Of a stretch of 64,000 bases of DNA, positions 51,901 through 62,961 are shown in pieces. The stretch's first letter is position 1, and each line of letters opens with the position of its first letter. Made by a program: the position numbers and the translations under genes. The DNA is from Lytechinus pictus. Taxonomy: Eukaryota. The stretch lies in assembly GCF_037042905.1 (NCBI RefSeq), contig NC_087250.1, forward strand, positions 4,156,001 through 4,220,000, read 5' to 3'. The notes beneath the pieces were generated by a model. It was not told the origin of the DNA. It saw nothing but the letters and a program-made list of their open reading frames with translations, and ran no database searches.

Positions 51901-54231
51901 ATATCACAATTCTTCTCTTATGTATTTTATTGTTTTAAAATTTCTCATGTATTTCCTTGTTTTTCGACTTTTTGTTTTTTATTGTTTTTTCAATGGAAAT
52001 CGTCCGCTATTTTATTCTGACCATAAACAAGATAAAATTAATTGAGTTTGATTAGTAAAATTGAAAATAATGATACATTTACGAATTTTGGCTAAAAACA
52101 CAATTTGCATTGGATTTGTACACAAATTCACGTTTTTTAGCAATTTCGTGTCGACATGCACTTACAAAATGTTGCGTAATTTCGGAACCACGTACCCGGG
52201 CGTCGCAAATTTGGTCTCAAAAGTTGCGCAAGACTTGAAAAAAAAAAGTCATGGAACGGCGCGGCGCCAGCTTTTCGCGTTACAGATTTATCGCGAAAAA
52301 TGTCGAGGGGGGGGGGCTGAATCAGCCCCCCCAGTCTTTTTAGGGTTAAGGGGCAAGCCTGGTCAACACACTACTCACAAGAGCTCTAGCAAAATATTAA
52401 GTTCACCAGCCCCCATAGGAAGCCAGTCAGACCAGCATGCGATCACATAAGGTTTAGAGTAACAATAAGAATTAATTCCCCCATATTATCATGTGATATA
52501 TACAAACATAAATGATACATGTACACGATGGAATATACATACTTTTAAACGTAAATTGAAAATTTATATTTTAAACAAATATCTAAATGACAATTCATCG
52601 GCTCCCTAGACAAATGTTCCTCTTAACTATTGTTAGTCCACCTCCCTTTGTATTTTTTTTCTTTTTGTCTCCTTCTTTTTCTCGTTTTTTTAATTTTTTT
52701 TTCTTCACATATTGATATTAAAACAAGTTGACAATTACTTATATTTAATTATTAGGGAAACTATAAATTACAAGCACTGCTTTTTAAATAGTTTGCCCTT
52801 CATATTCTCATCTTATTGATATATCTGTCTCCAATCCAAACGTTCAATTGTATAACATTTGTCTGATTTATTATGAATTATGGTGATGTATTGTATTATG
52901 TTATTATCAATGATTTACTGTCTTTCGATGGACGTTACATTGTACAATGTATTTGATATTTTATGAGATATGAAAATAAACCAAACTGAAACTGAAACTG
53001 AAACTGAAACATATATAGGCATTTAGGCCTGTGTACTTCTAATGCCTATGTCACAAGTGATATACATCATGCAGCAAGTATGCCTTGCCTAGTAAGAGAA
53101 TACACAGCATCTATATATTATATAGTCGAGAGCGTAATTTGTATTAAGTAGTAAAACCAAAAACGTCGTAGCGCCCTCTCTTTCGGCAGGACAATCATAT
53201 ATTGCTCCTCAAATCTCATAAATATGCAGATAATGTAACATTTTCGCTTTTTTGAGCTTTGTGCTAGAGAGAATGTTTATAATAAAATATAAAATCAACC
53301 TAAAACCAAACAATTAAATGCAAGTAGATATTAAGTGCAGGAAAATGTAGATCAATATTTCCTGTAGGAAATTCGCCATGGGTAGGTACATAAAATTGTA
53401 TATTTCAGATTCTTATTCATTAATTTATTATCCTCAAGGAAATTCACTCTGTTGGCATTACAAAATATACATACATTATTTACATAGATTATACTGCACA
53501 AAAATTCAATTAATATACATTATATGGACACCATAGATGTCATTATTTCAGTCATTATATTGTTACATTATTATATTATTGTATTACATGTATTATCACT
53601 TAAGATTTGTTAACTGGTTGACGAGGTGAAATTTGATGAAGTACAGATGACTGGCGAAGTGACAAGATATGGGCTTATTCATTGTAGTTCATTGTATTTG
53701 CGGATAGAGAGCAGAACAAATGAGTTGAGGAAGCGTGAAGTACGTGCTTTCATTGACCCGTACCGTTTGCTTGAGCGCATGAGAGTATAACATGGGTGTA
53801 GAGGGTGATTGACATTTTCTATTATCTGTAAGACATGTTTCAAGATCACATCATTGCATTCATTTGTCAGATTTGTCACTTCGCCAGTCATCTTGCCAGC
53901 ATAATTTGCTATTTGCTGTAATTTCTGTAATCATTACGAAACGACATTATCAACAAAATTTCTCTTGTTTTCCATCGCAGCGCCATTAAAGCGTTCGGGC
54001 TTATCCTTCATTTGCGGTGCAGAGAAAATCAGGACAAACGCCCAGATGAAGAAACGCGTTGGAGAAATGTTGGATGAAACAAGGACGTTATTGAATAATT
54101 TCTATTCACCTATGAACGCTGAGCTCAGTGAACTTTTGAACAGCACGAAATTTTTATGGAATGACGTCACCCACTTACCTGATGTAGCCATAGATCATGG
54201 GCAAGCGTTGGGGAGCAGAAGATTTCCATGA
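34460..54231 (+). CDS. CHST15: Carbohydrate sulfotransferase 15-like (GalNAc4S-6ST), type II Golgi membrane protein. Exons 34460-34610, 35222-35334, 42511-42727, 48510-48641, 49726-49873, 50106-50265, 50950-51094, 53981-54231
   Basis: Phase-consistent GT-AG exons; TM helix ILAGVFLVSTVLCIYSL; 5'-PSB region RCLPYFYLIGMQKCGSTDL; KEPHWW; GDGSTSTLWDN; 3'-PB region KFIVVLRNPTDRVYSDY; DWLRIFPRDQILVLRLED; MLDETRTLLNNFYSPMNAELSELL..FLW. Confidence 0.9.
35222..35334 (+). CDS. CHST15: CHST15-like stem exon
   Basis: Acceptor ttttag, donor GAG|gtaaga; PPNLFKLAPE. Confidence 0.8.
35755..36420. repeat. Degenerate tandem repeat (about 115 bp) rich in CACACTGT/ACAGTGTG palindromes
   Basis: Recurrent ttcacactgt..acagtgtga..ttccacac..acctc motifs. 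Confidence 0.65.
36465..36803 (-). mobile_element. SINE family B-related copy
   Basis: Reverse complement of a tRNA-like head, ccgggtacccattt..cacctgggtcgag core and gcgctttgagtc..gcgctatataaa tail. Confidence 0.75.
38040..38500. mobile_element. MITE with a nested CACT-terminal MITE (38181-38366); related copy at about 48120-48400
   Basis: ta|cactctaaaa..ttttagagtg|ta nested inside; gtttcggagctaacgaaaaattgcaa matches the reverse complement at about 48257-48282. Confidence 0.55.
38514..38929. mobile_element. Foldback MITE built from about 15-bp GTCTAAT/AGACGAA repeats; other copies at 49311-49706 and 62028-62399, degenerate copy at about 60533-60790
   Basis: ggtttatttccaattcgtctaa ... gacgaattggcaatttacc; the left arm is the reverse complement of the right arm. 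Confidence 0.75.
39110..40720. repeat. G-rich tandem array (about 40-bp core + purine spacer), decaying toward the 3' end
   Basis: Core cacttacccctgcacctgattggtgtccttgaagcagagct occurs 5 times clearly, plus about 9 diverged copies. Confidence 0.85.
41192..41935. mobile_element. Family K MITE containing a nested near-perfect palindromic MITE (41389-41551)
   Basis: Starts ttaaaggtcaagttcacccc; nested arms ggtcacatttgctctacggcggccgtacggcgagtcgaaaacagccgtttt and their reverse complement. Confidence 0.8.
42511..42727 (+). CDS. CHST15: CHST15-like PAPS-binding exon
   Basis: KNPC..RCLPYFYLIGMQKCGSTDL..KEPHWW. Confidence 0.92.
42745..43087. repeat. Compound (CTA)n/(ATA,ATG)n microsatellite
   Basis: Read directly; source of the poly-Leu/Val/Ile pseudo-ORFs. 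Confidence 0.95.
43105..46821 (+). mobile_element. Near-full-length single-ORF non-LTR retrotransposon (L2/CR1 group) in a CHST15 intron, sense orientation
   Basis: APE + RT ORF; 3' UTR ends gcgccttgag..atatgtgcgctatacaaat followed by (TAT)n; no separate ORF1 seen. Confidence 0.92.
43457..46632 (+). pseudogene. LINE APE-endonuclease/reverse transcriptase ORF with a single +2 frameshift at about 46070
   Basis: APE motifs NLQSIRNK, TETWL, GDFN, SDH; RT motifs YRPVANL, LDLSSAFDTV, VPQGSVLGP, YADD; L2-type C-terminus LQKVQNSAARLV..HITPVLKELHWLPV..FSVAGPRLWNSIP. Confidence 0.9.
47598..47860. mobile_element. Harbinger-like GGGCCC MITE; relatives at 58457-58604, 60797-60958 and 62515-62670 (CAG-flanked)
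   Basis: gggccccgtcttacaaag..ctttgtaagac; cag|gggaccgtttcataaa..tttatgaaacgggccc|cag. Confidence 0.65.
48510..48641 (+). CDS. CHST15: CHST15-like exon
   Basis: Acceptor cctag, donor G|gtgagt; phases fit. Confidence 0.8.
49726..49873 (+). CDS. CHST15: CHST15-like exon
   Basis: GDGSTSTLWDN..PNAKFIVVLRNPTDR. Confidence 0.9.
50106..50265 (+). CDS. CHST15: CHST15-like exon
   Basis: VYSDYLFF..FHEIV..C..RACTY. Confidence 0.9.
50950..51094 (+). CDS. CHST15: CHST15-like exon
   Basis: RLLLGNYAVFLRDWLRIFPRDQILVLRLEDW. Confidence 0.9.
51583..52349. mobile_element. piggyBac-like MITE (inverted copy of 4093-4871)
   Basis: ttaaccctaaatagactgg ... ccagtctttttagggttaa. Confidence 0.82.
53410..53950 (-). 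mobile_element. Rex1/CR1-like LINE 3' fragment
   Basis: NHPLHPCYTLMRSSKRYGSMKARTSRFLNSFVLLSIRKYN resembles the HPxH..SxxR..RxxNSFxPxxI C-terminus. Confidence 0.7.
53981..54231 (+). CDS. CHST15: CHST15-like terminal exon
   Basis: Acceptor cgcag; MLDETRTLLNNFYSPMN..FLW; TGA stop. Confidence 0.88.
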
Positions 54232-56959
54232 AACCATTACACTCCGCAATATGCATAGTATTCATATATTAACACCATCCAGTCACCAATAGTAGCTGGG
54301 CTACTATGTCTTGTTGAATAATTTCTATTCCATGAAATCATTTTCCCCCATGATATTGTATTCATATACATCATCCAGTCATCAATTATAGCTGGGCTAC
54401 TTGTTGAAAAATATTCAGAGCTCGATGAACTTTTGAATGGAACGACAATCCTGTGGAACGACGTTACCGTTGATGATCTGTGACGTAATCATAAGGACTA
54501 TTAGCTATTTAATCAAAGAGCTTAGACAAGTATTGAAGGACAAGGGATTTCAATGAATATAGTGTCTCGATGATATTCATACATTTCGTTCATCAGGTCA
54601 TTAGCATAGCTTACCCAGTTGTAAAATATTTTCTACTCATCTATGAACGCAGAGCTTGATGAACTTTTGAATGGTACGAGATTTCTATGGAATGACGTCA
54701 TGCATTGATAATGACGTCATTATTAGGACTAACCTTTATGCAAAGAGCTTGTACAATCGTTGATGGACAAGGGAATTCTCTGAAGATAGCGCTTCGATGA
54801 TATACCATCAACAAGCCAGGTCACCATTGACGGCTTAGTTTTCACCATCGATATCTAAAAGCCGGATAGAGCTACAACCCGCTCATTTGAGGCCATTCAA
54901 GTACTCTAAAAGGTCAGACGCGCACAATCATAGTTACACACTTTTTTGCGTGTGCGTGTAAATGTTGTTTTATACGCGTTGGTATGGCCCCATATACTGT
55001 AAATTGTGTCTTGGAGTACTTTTCCTTCATTGAACGTTGTGCGTGCGACAGCGTATAACGAGCCCCTTCCAGCTTTTTCATATCGATGGTTTGCGTGTTA
55101 GCCCGGATGTTGAATTAATCCTGTAGGCTAGCTGAGATAACTCAAGTTAGATATAGATCTGCATGAGTTAGGTTTGTAGATTCTTAAGAATCACGTGATT
55201 TATGTGGAATCATGTGACTCAAAGCTTAAAACGAAAAATCACCAATATGATCAGTGATATGAACTAGCTTACTGTGTGTCTTCTAACTATATAGTTCAGA
55301 TTTGAAATAAGATTAGGTGGCCACGCCCATTCGATTCTAGAATAATCATAACAAAATTTAGGTATTGTGTTGTTATTGATGTTTTAGTTCGTCTATGCAA
55401 TTAATGTGTGTCTGCTATCCGGGTATCATTTTCAATAAACACACAGTCAGGGATTTTAACCGACACCTTTCCCCCCACCCAATCAGATGCAAGGATGTCA
55501 GTAACTTAAAACAAATAGACAGTGGAATTAAATCAGTGAAATTCTACACTAATATCTGTGTATGGGGTCGATAATCCTTTATCAGCACCAGGTTAAGGAA
55601 AAAAATTGTTTGTATCTCTATTTCGACGCCACATGCATACGACTTGGTGAGAGACACCTCTTCCGCTCCGTGAAAACAGTGATATGGTTGTGTTCATACC
55701 GATAGTTCTTGATAGTTCTAATCAAAGTTAAGTACAAATCTCATTGCTAAATTACTGAAATAAATAAAATTATGGTGAAAATGTTTATTATTACTTTTTC
55801 TTCTCTTTTTTTATATATTTTGTCTCCATTTTGTGAATTCCCCAGGGACTCCATCGACACGTTGTCCTGTTTTAAACACAATGCAGGATGTCTCCTCCCA
55901 ACCCTTAATAAGAATAGCATTATATATGTTTTTCCAAACCAAATCAGACTGAACGAAACATAGCTCAGACACATTAGGGAGTATCGAATCTTGAATCCGT
56001 CTCGCGTCCTTGAGCGAAAACTCCGTATTCATAAACTGAAAACTTCTGTGTCAAAATCTGGATGACCAGTAAAGTAAGGAATGGAAGGGCACGCATGAAA
56101 TATCGTGCAATTTAAACGTCTTAGGGGGTTCTTGTCTCAAATTAAAAGTGTTTTCCTTCGAAATCTTTCTCAACCTTGGAACGATTCAAAGCCAAACCAA
56201 GAAAATACAAGTGGCTGAAAGTGACCGACTATGCAGAATACATTTCTACGAGAACCGTCTTCGGGATTTTACAATGACTGAACAGATTTTATTCTTGCTC
56301 GATGTGACCACGGATGAAAAGAGAGTCATGGTGGTACTGCCCTCTACGTTTCATACAATGTAACTTTTGCTCGTCCGAAAATCTGCAAAGGTAGGCGATT
56401 GCTCAATGAAGCTTAAACGTTTCAATTTTCTGATTGCTATGGACAACATTAATAATGCAATTATTACACATACAAACCTGGAACCCCTAACACAAAGCTA
56501 AGCTATCAACATACATGTAGAACATTTTGTTTTACGATCGATTTCAATGACTATAGTCTATAAGTAATCATGGAAATCAAGTGTGCGATTGTGTTACGGG
56601 ATTCAGGTTTCCCTTTCGAAATTCTGTATAAAAGGAACCCCAAGGATCATACGATAATAACAATAATGAGAAGAAGAAATCACAAAAAAACTATACTTCA
56701 AAAATGGGAGAGTAAAGATTGAGTAAAACAAAGGGAAAGAAAGGAGGAAGGGGGAGGGACGAAAAGAAAGAAGAAAAAAATTAACGAGGTGGCGGTAATA
56801 GTCAAATATGACTGGTTGCCATGAATTGGGGAATTAATAAACTTTTTCATACAGAACAGAATTCAGCCAAAGAAAGTATGAATTAAGCGAACACATAAAA
56901 TGAGTTCGTTAACTCGTTTCGCTACTAACTCAAGGGTGGTGTTGATCTTCGTGAGTTCA

Positions 56960-58190
56960 CGCACTAAATACAGACACACAGACATTCACACGCATCCACA
57001 CAAAATACACACACTCACAAATTTCCACACAAACTGCACGCACTCACATGCATCCACACACCCTCGCGCATCCACAAAAAATACACACATTCACAAACAT
57101 CCACACAAAATACACTCGCACGTATCAACATAAAATATACACTTATATGCAAGGTAGCCGTGCTAAAGCCGGGGTAATACTAACATCATGTTAAGCAGGG
57201 CCCGCTGGTAGAACAGTTTTAAGAACTGGAGTGGCTTCCCTGGGTAAAATATGACGTTATTATTATTATTATTATGCATCCATGCTAAAAGACACACTCA
57301 CATGCATACACACGAAATAGACACACTCACAAACATCCACACAAAATACACACACTCACATGCATCTACACAAAATACTCACTTTCAAAAGCAACCAAAT
57401 GAAATGTGCACTCACATTCATCCATACAATATGCACATACTCACATGTATCAACATAAAATGCACACTTACATGCATCCATACTAAATACACACACTCTC
57501 ATGCATACACATAAAATACACACACTCACAGACATCCACACGGAATACACACACTCACACGCATCCTCACACAATACACTCACATGCATCCTCACACAAT
57601 ACACTCACATGCATCCACACAAAATACACTCACACGCATCCACACAAAATACACTCACATGCATCCACACAAAATACACTCACACGCATCCTCACACAAT
57701 ACACCCACACGCATCCACACACAATACACTCACACGCATCCACACAAAATACACTCAGACGCATCCACACAAAATACTCACTCATAAAATCATCCTAACA
57801 TAATGTGCACTCTCATTTATCCACACAATATGCACACACATGTATCAACTTAAAAATACATACTTACATGCATCCATACTAAATACACACAATGGACCTA
57901 CTACAACACACACTCAGATGCATACACATAATATATACACACTCACATGCATCCACACAAAATCCACACACTCACAATATCCACACAAAATACTCAATTT
58001 CAAAAACATCCATACAAAATGCGCAAACTCACATGTATCCACATAAAATATAAACTTAACATGCATTCACACTATTAAAACCCACACTCATATGCATGCA
58101 CATAAAATACACACATGAACATGCATGCACATAGAATACGCACACTCAAAAGCCTACACACACTCACATGCATCCATACTAAATACACAA
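56960..58190. repeat. CA-rich minisatellite (core catccacacaaaatacactcacatg, about 25 bp)
   Basis: Read directly. Confidence 0.92.
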
Positions 58191-59381
58191 TAACTTATTT
58201 GTACAGTACGCTACATATAACAATGCAAAATGAAAAGATCGACTATATTGGAACCAAGAAATTTCTAACTTGGCCATCACAAAATAAAATGAATTATACA
58301 TCGTACGAAAGAGAAAAGTACACCCTATGTTTTACGCCTAGTTGCGAATTGTTATCGGTCACGCATGAATGATTATGAATCATGATATGCAATAATGCAT
58401 ATTTTCAGACCTTGCTGCGATCATTGAAGCAGAGCACGCAATGCCTCACTGATCATGGGCCTGTAGCAGAAAGAGTTGCAATCAAACGCAACTCTAAAAA
58501 ATCATGTGCAACTTGATTTTCAACCAATCAACAGCGCGCATAAGGGACTTGCGATTGGTTTTTTGACTTGCGTATAAACGCAACTCTTTCTGCAACGGAC
58601 CCCATGACTCATTTCCTATTTGTCCGAGAGATGAGACGATATGCTTTCATATAATTTGCATTCGTGAATATTTCACTTGGTATTACGCATTTCGCAAACA
58701 ATGTTACAAAAAATTGATATCTGACTGGTTTTGCCACATTGACTTTTGTACATGAGTGTAATAAGATTAATTTTTCATATTTCATTTCCTGTAAAAATTA
58801 ATAAAAAAAGATGAAAATAATCAGAATTTCATATTCAATTAAACCATGACACCTCAACTCTCAGAAGAAGTGAAAACACAAGTCATGATCATTGAAGCAA
58901 CGCGAGTTACGCTTCAATCATCACAGAAATATATTAAAATATGCACAGTGCCTTTAAATGAATTATAATCATTCATGCATGACTGTTCGCAGTTTGCAAC
59001 TAGGTGGAAAAAAGGGCTATACCTTTTTTCATATGATATATAATTAATTAGATTTATGAAAGTCTGGTTATTTATTTTACTTCCAGCATAATTCATCTGC
59101 TCATTTTATAGTGTTTTTTATGTACAGTGTACAATTAATTCCTGTATACACTGTATATACCGTGTAAACGTTGCTCGACGCATTAAGAGGGAATGCATAA
59201 TAAAACGAAATGAACAACTATCGTCAAATACATCATCAAACTGAACTGATACTTTCCAGTAATAAAAATACGTATTTATTTAAAATATACATACCAATCG
59301 ATGTATACAAAGCCATGTACAATTTTTAATCACACCGATTGTCATTTTAATTATTTAGGAAGTACTATTTCAGTGATTTGG

Positions 59382-59640
59382 TTAAAGGACAAGTCCACAT
59401 CAATAAAAAGTCGATTTGAATAAAAAGAGAAAAATCCGACAAACATAACACTGAAAATTTCATCAAAATCGGATGTAAAATAAGTTATGACATTTTAAAG
59501 TTTCGCTTGATTTTACATAATAGTTTTAATTTATGCACATCCTGTTCGGTATGCAAATGAGGAGACTGATGACGTCATCCACTCACTATTTTCTCTATTT
59601 ATTCAAATCAACATTTTTCTGGGGTGGACTTTACCTTTAA
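59382..59640. mobile_element. Family K MITE, internally deleted
   Basis: ttaaaggacaagtccac ... ggggtggactttacctttaa. Confidence 0.8.
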
Positions 59641-62600
59641 AGAAGAAATACAAACTTAAGACAACATCAAAATAGGTCATTCAAAATTATTCTGTGCTTG
59701 GGTCTAAAAATGATACATCGCAAGAGTTATATGTAAAGTATGTGATTACATGCATACATTGTCGTGTGTGCACAATGCTGCGTATATCTACTGGTTTGTA
59801 TTTCAGATTTGAATATGTATTAAAAAAAAGATCTTCTGAGAACCCCTTTTTCCTCTTACCCCTTTTCCTCTTCTTCTTATTCTTTGCTTTTTCTTCTTCT
59901 TCTACTTCTTCTTCATCATCATCTTCTTCCACTAATATTATCTTCTCCTTCCTCCTCTTCTTCTTCTTCTCCTTCTTCGATCATCATTCTTTTCCTATGA
60001 GTGTGAGCGCTAGGTACTGTTTATGTATGGATATGCAAATAATTCGATGTTAATTCTAAAAGTTTTTGTTCTCATACTACAGATGCCTTACTGATCATGC
60101 TAATTGCATAATGTATGGAAGTATATATAGTCCTTCTAAATTTCATATATGAAAATGAACTTCTTGATGACTCTGTAGGTCATCATTGAGTTTATAGATT
60201 ATAAACAAGAAAACATATGTGATATAGACATGATAAACCAATCAAAAATATTTCATTGAATATCGTAGAAATACACAGCAAGATGATAAGAAGTAAGACT
60301 ATGATAAATGGTTATTGCAATAATGTTCGCTTGCAGAGGTGTCATCTAATCCCCATCTATATAAAACCAAAACATTACAATTGGCTAACCATAATGGTCA
60401 TAACAATCAACAAAATATACGCACGTTTAATAGACTATGAATGAAATTGTAAATAAGTTGGCATGGAAGCCACAGTCGTTAACCTATTTAGTAGGCCTGT
60501 TTACTTCTCAGCCTAATGCCACTAAGGCTAACCCGTTTGTTCTACTATCAATTTGGTCTACACTATACTTGGTCTAATACTCTATTCCTTTTTTAGTCTA
60601 ATGGAATGGCCAGATGGTCTAATTTTCACTTCTTTTACTAATTATTTTGCTCTTGGTCAAATGGAAATCTGATTAATGTGCAGGTCATCTAATAAAGTGG
60701 TGTTAAACCGGGTGGGTATGAATTGAAGAAAAAATGGACACCCAAACAGGAAATTGGACAAAGAGTTAAATGGTCTCAATGACATTCAGGACCATCTGGG
60801 CCCCGTATCACAAGGGTGAGCGATAAACCTCTGATCTGAAAGAACAATTCTGATTGATTCGTTAGTCAGTCCACTGAGCAAAATGCGCGTGTAACGAGGA
60901 TTTTCATAGGCCAATCCATTTAGAGATTAATCGCTAATCTTTGTTTTGCGGGCTCTGGTTCTAGACGAAGTAGAATTGATTTTTTTTGGATGAAATCAAA
61001 CGGAAAGCATACGAAATGTGTGCAAACAAGGTTGCAAATTACAGTCTCCACAACTTGAATAACATGCAAAGAAGGTCAAGAGTCACGGACAAAGGCGTCA
61101 CTGATCCTGTCACTCTGCGTTAGAAGATGACCGTGTCTGGTCCGTTAAATGAAGAACCCGACCCCCTATTTTAAGTGCTGCTAATAGTTTAACTTATTTT
61201 TAACATTTTTCTTTTCAGTAAACGGGTACATATTGCCCTAAAAATATTTTTGAATTAAGAGAACGCTGTTTGGTAAAATAACTCTTTTTTTCCACTTTTG
61301 AAAAAAAAATCAAGTCAAAGTTAATTAATGGTCGCAATCTGCTAACTTCGGCAAGGAAATGCTTAGCTTCGAGTAGAGCTCATTTAGAAGACCTTTTAGA
61401 AAAAAACACCATGCATTTCGTGTTCATGAACATGATTTTTACAGTTTCTATACGAAAATTGTAATGATCACGAAGGCCACAACTTGGAAAGCAGCGGCAA
61501 CACTGGGGAGCATTTCATAAGCTACAGCATATCATTGCATCTGATTAGCAGCGAACAAATTAGTCGGTGAAAATCACTGAAAATCACATGCTTTTCATGA
61601 ACCGTAAGTATTGGTCCCCTAGCCGAAGCTTACATAGCCATGAATTAGATCAAGATCGTGACAACGGTAGGGTCACATGACTTGCGTTAGGTGTCCATGT
61701 TTCCACTACCGTTTGAATACCCAATATCCATCTTCTCCACGTGGTGACGAGAATTGCCTGCAGAAAAAAGAAGGACCGAAACACGGAGTTAAACATGTAA
61801 AAATCATTGGCCTGTTTCACAAATACTGTTATAATAACAATGCCAAATGTTCATAGTACGTTTACTATCATTCAATCAAAATGAATGATTTTAGTAGCTT
61901 TAACGCAGTCAGTTCCAAGTTTATTATCATAATAAGTTTTATGAAACGGGGCCCCAGTTGTCTTGTCAACTTTGCAAGTTCACGGCTTAAAACTGTTAAT
62001 AATGACAAAGGATGCATTAAAGTCGTAATTGCCAATTCATCCACTCACCACATAGTCTACCTTCATTTAGTCTAATGCCATTCCGTACATCTACATTTCG
62101 TCTAACAACCATTTGGTCCAATAATCATTTGGTCCAATCATCACTTCTTCTAATCACCAGTTCGTCTAGTACCATTTCGTCTAATAACCAGTTGGTCTAA
62201 TACCCATTTTCTTTACATTCATTTTGCACAAACAACACTTAAGTTTAATTAGACCAAATGGTATATGGACTAAATGGCTATTGGACCAACTGGTTATTAG
62301 ACAGAATGGAATTAGACCATGTGGTGAGTGGACGAACTGATGGTAGACCAAATGATAGTAGACGAGGTGGCAATTGACTTTAGACGAATTGGAAATAAAT
62401 CGATGTTTATAAGCCATAATACTACAGTCGCACCAACGATACCGACCTCAGAACGACCGATCAAATGCCATTCAAAATAATGTATTAGTTCTGATCAGTC
62501 TGGAGTCGGTTCAGGGGACCGTTTCATAAAGAGTTACAACTGTTGCAAATTTGCCATTATGGCAACTACCATGGTAACCTCCATTCTGATTGGCTGCTGA

Positions 62601-62961
62601 GGCTTGTTACCATGGTAGTTGCCATTATGGCAGAGTTACAACAGTTGTAAGTCCTTTATGAAACGGGCCCCAGATGCTGTGACTGGAGCATGGACGTTGG
62701 CCAGAGCTCCGTTACTCGAAACTTATTTCTCCGGTAGTTTGCCATCAATGGTGAGAGCGATGGCAACAGAGCTCAGCGGTGCTCAGCGTCCACTAAGCAC
62801 CAAGTTTTTGTCATAATAACAACGGGACTACATTCATGTTAACGGTGAGCTGATATGGAACGTGGTCCAGGAATTCCCATAAAGGTATCAACTGTAAGGA
62901 TGTCCCGTTAATGCACTGTACATCTTCGTCATCTACAGTCATGTTTGAATGTTTCCTCGTG

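Noticed and set aside
56900..58372. His/Thr-rich ORFs, and a possible inverted partner of the 31-32 kb satellite
   Set aside because: CA-rich minisatellite; its reverse-complement unit differs from the 31-kb unit, so the two are not arms of one element.
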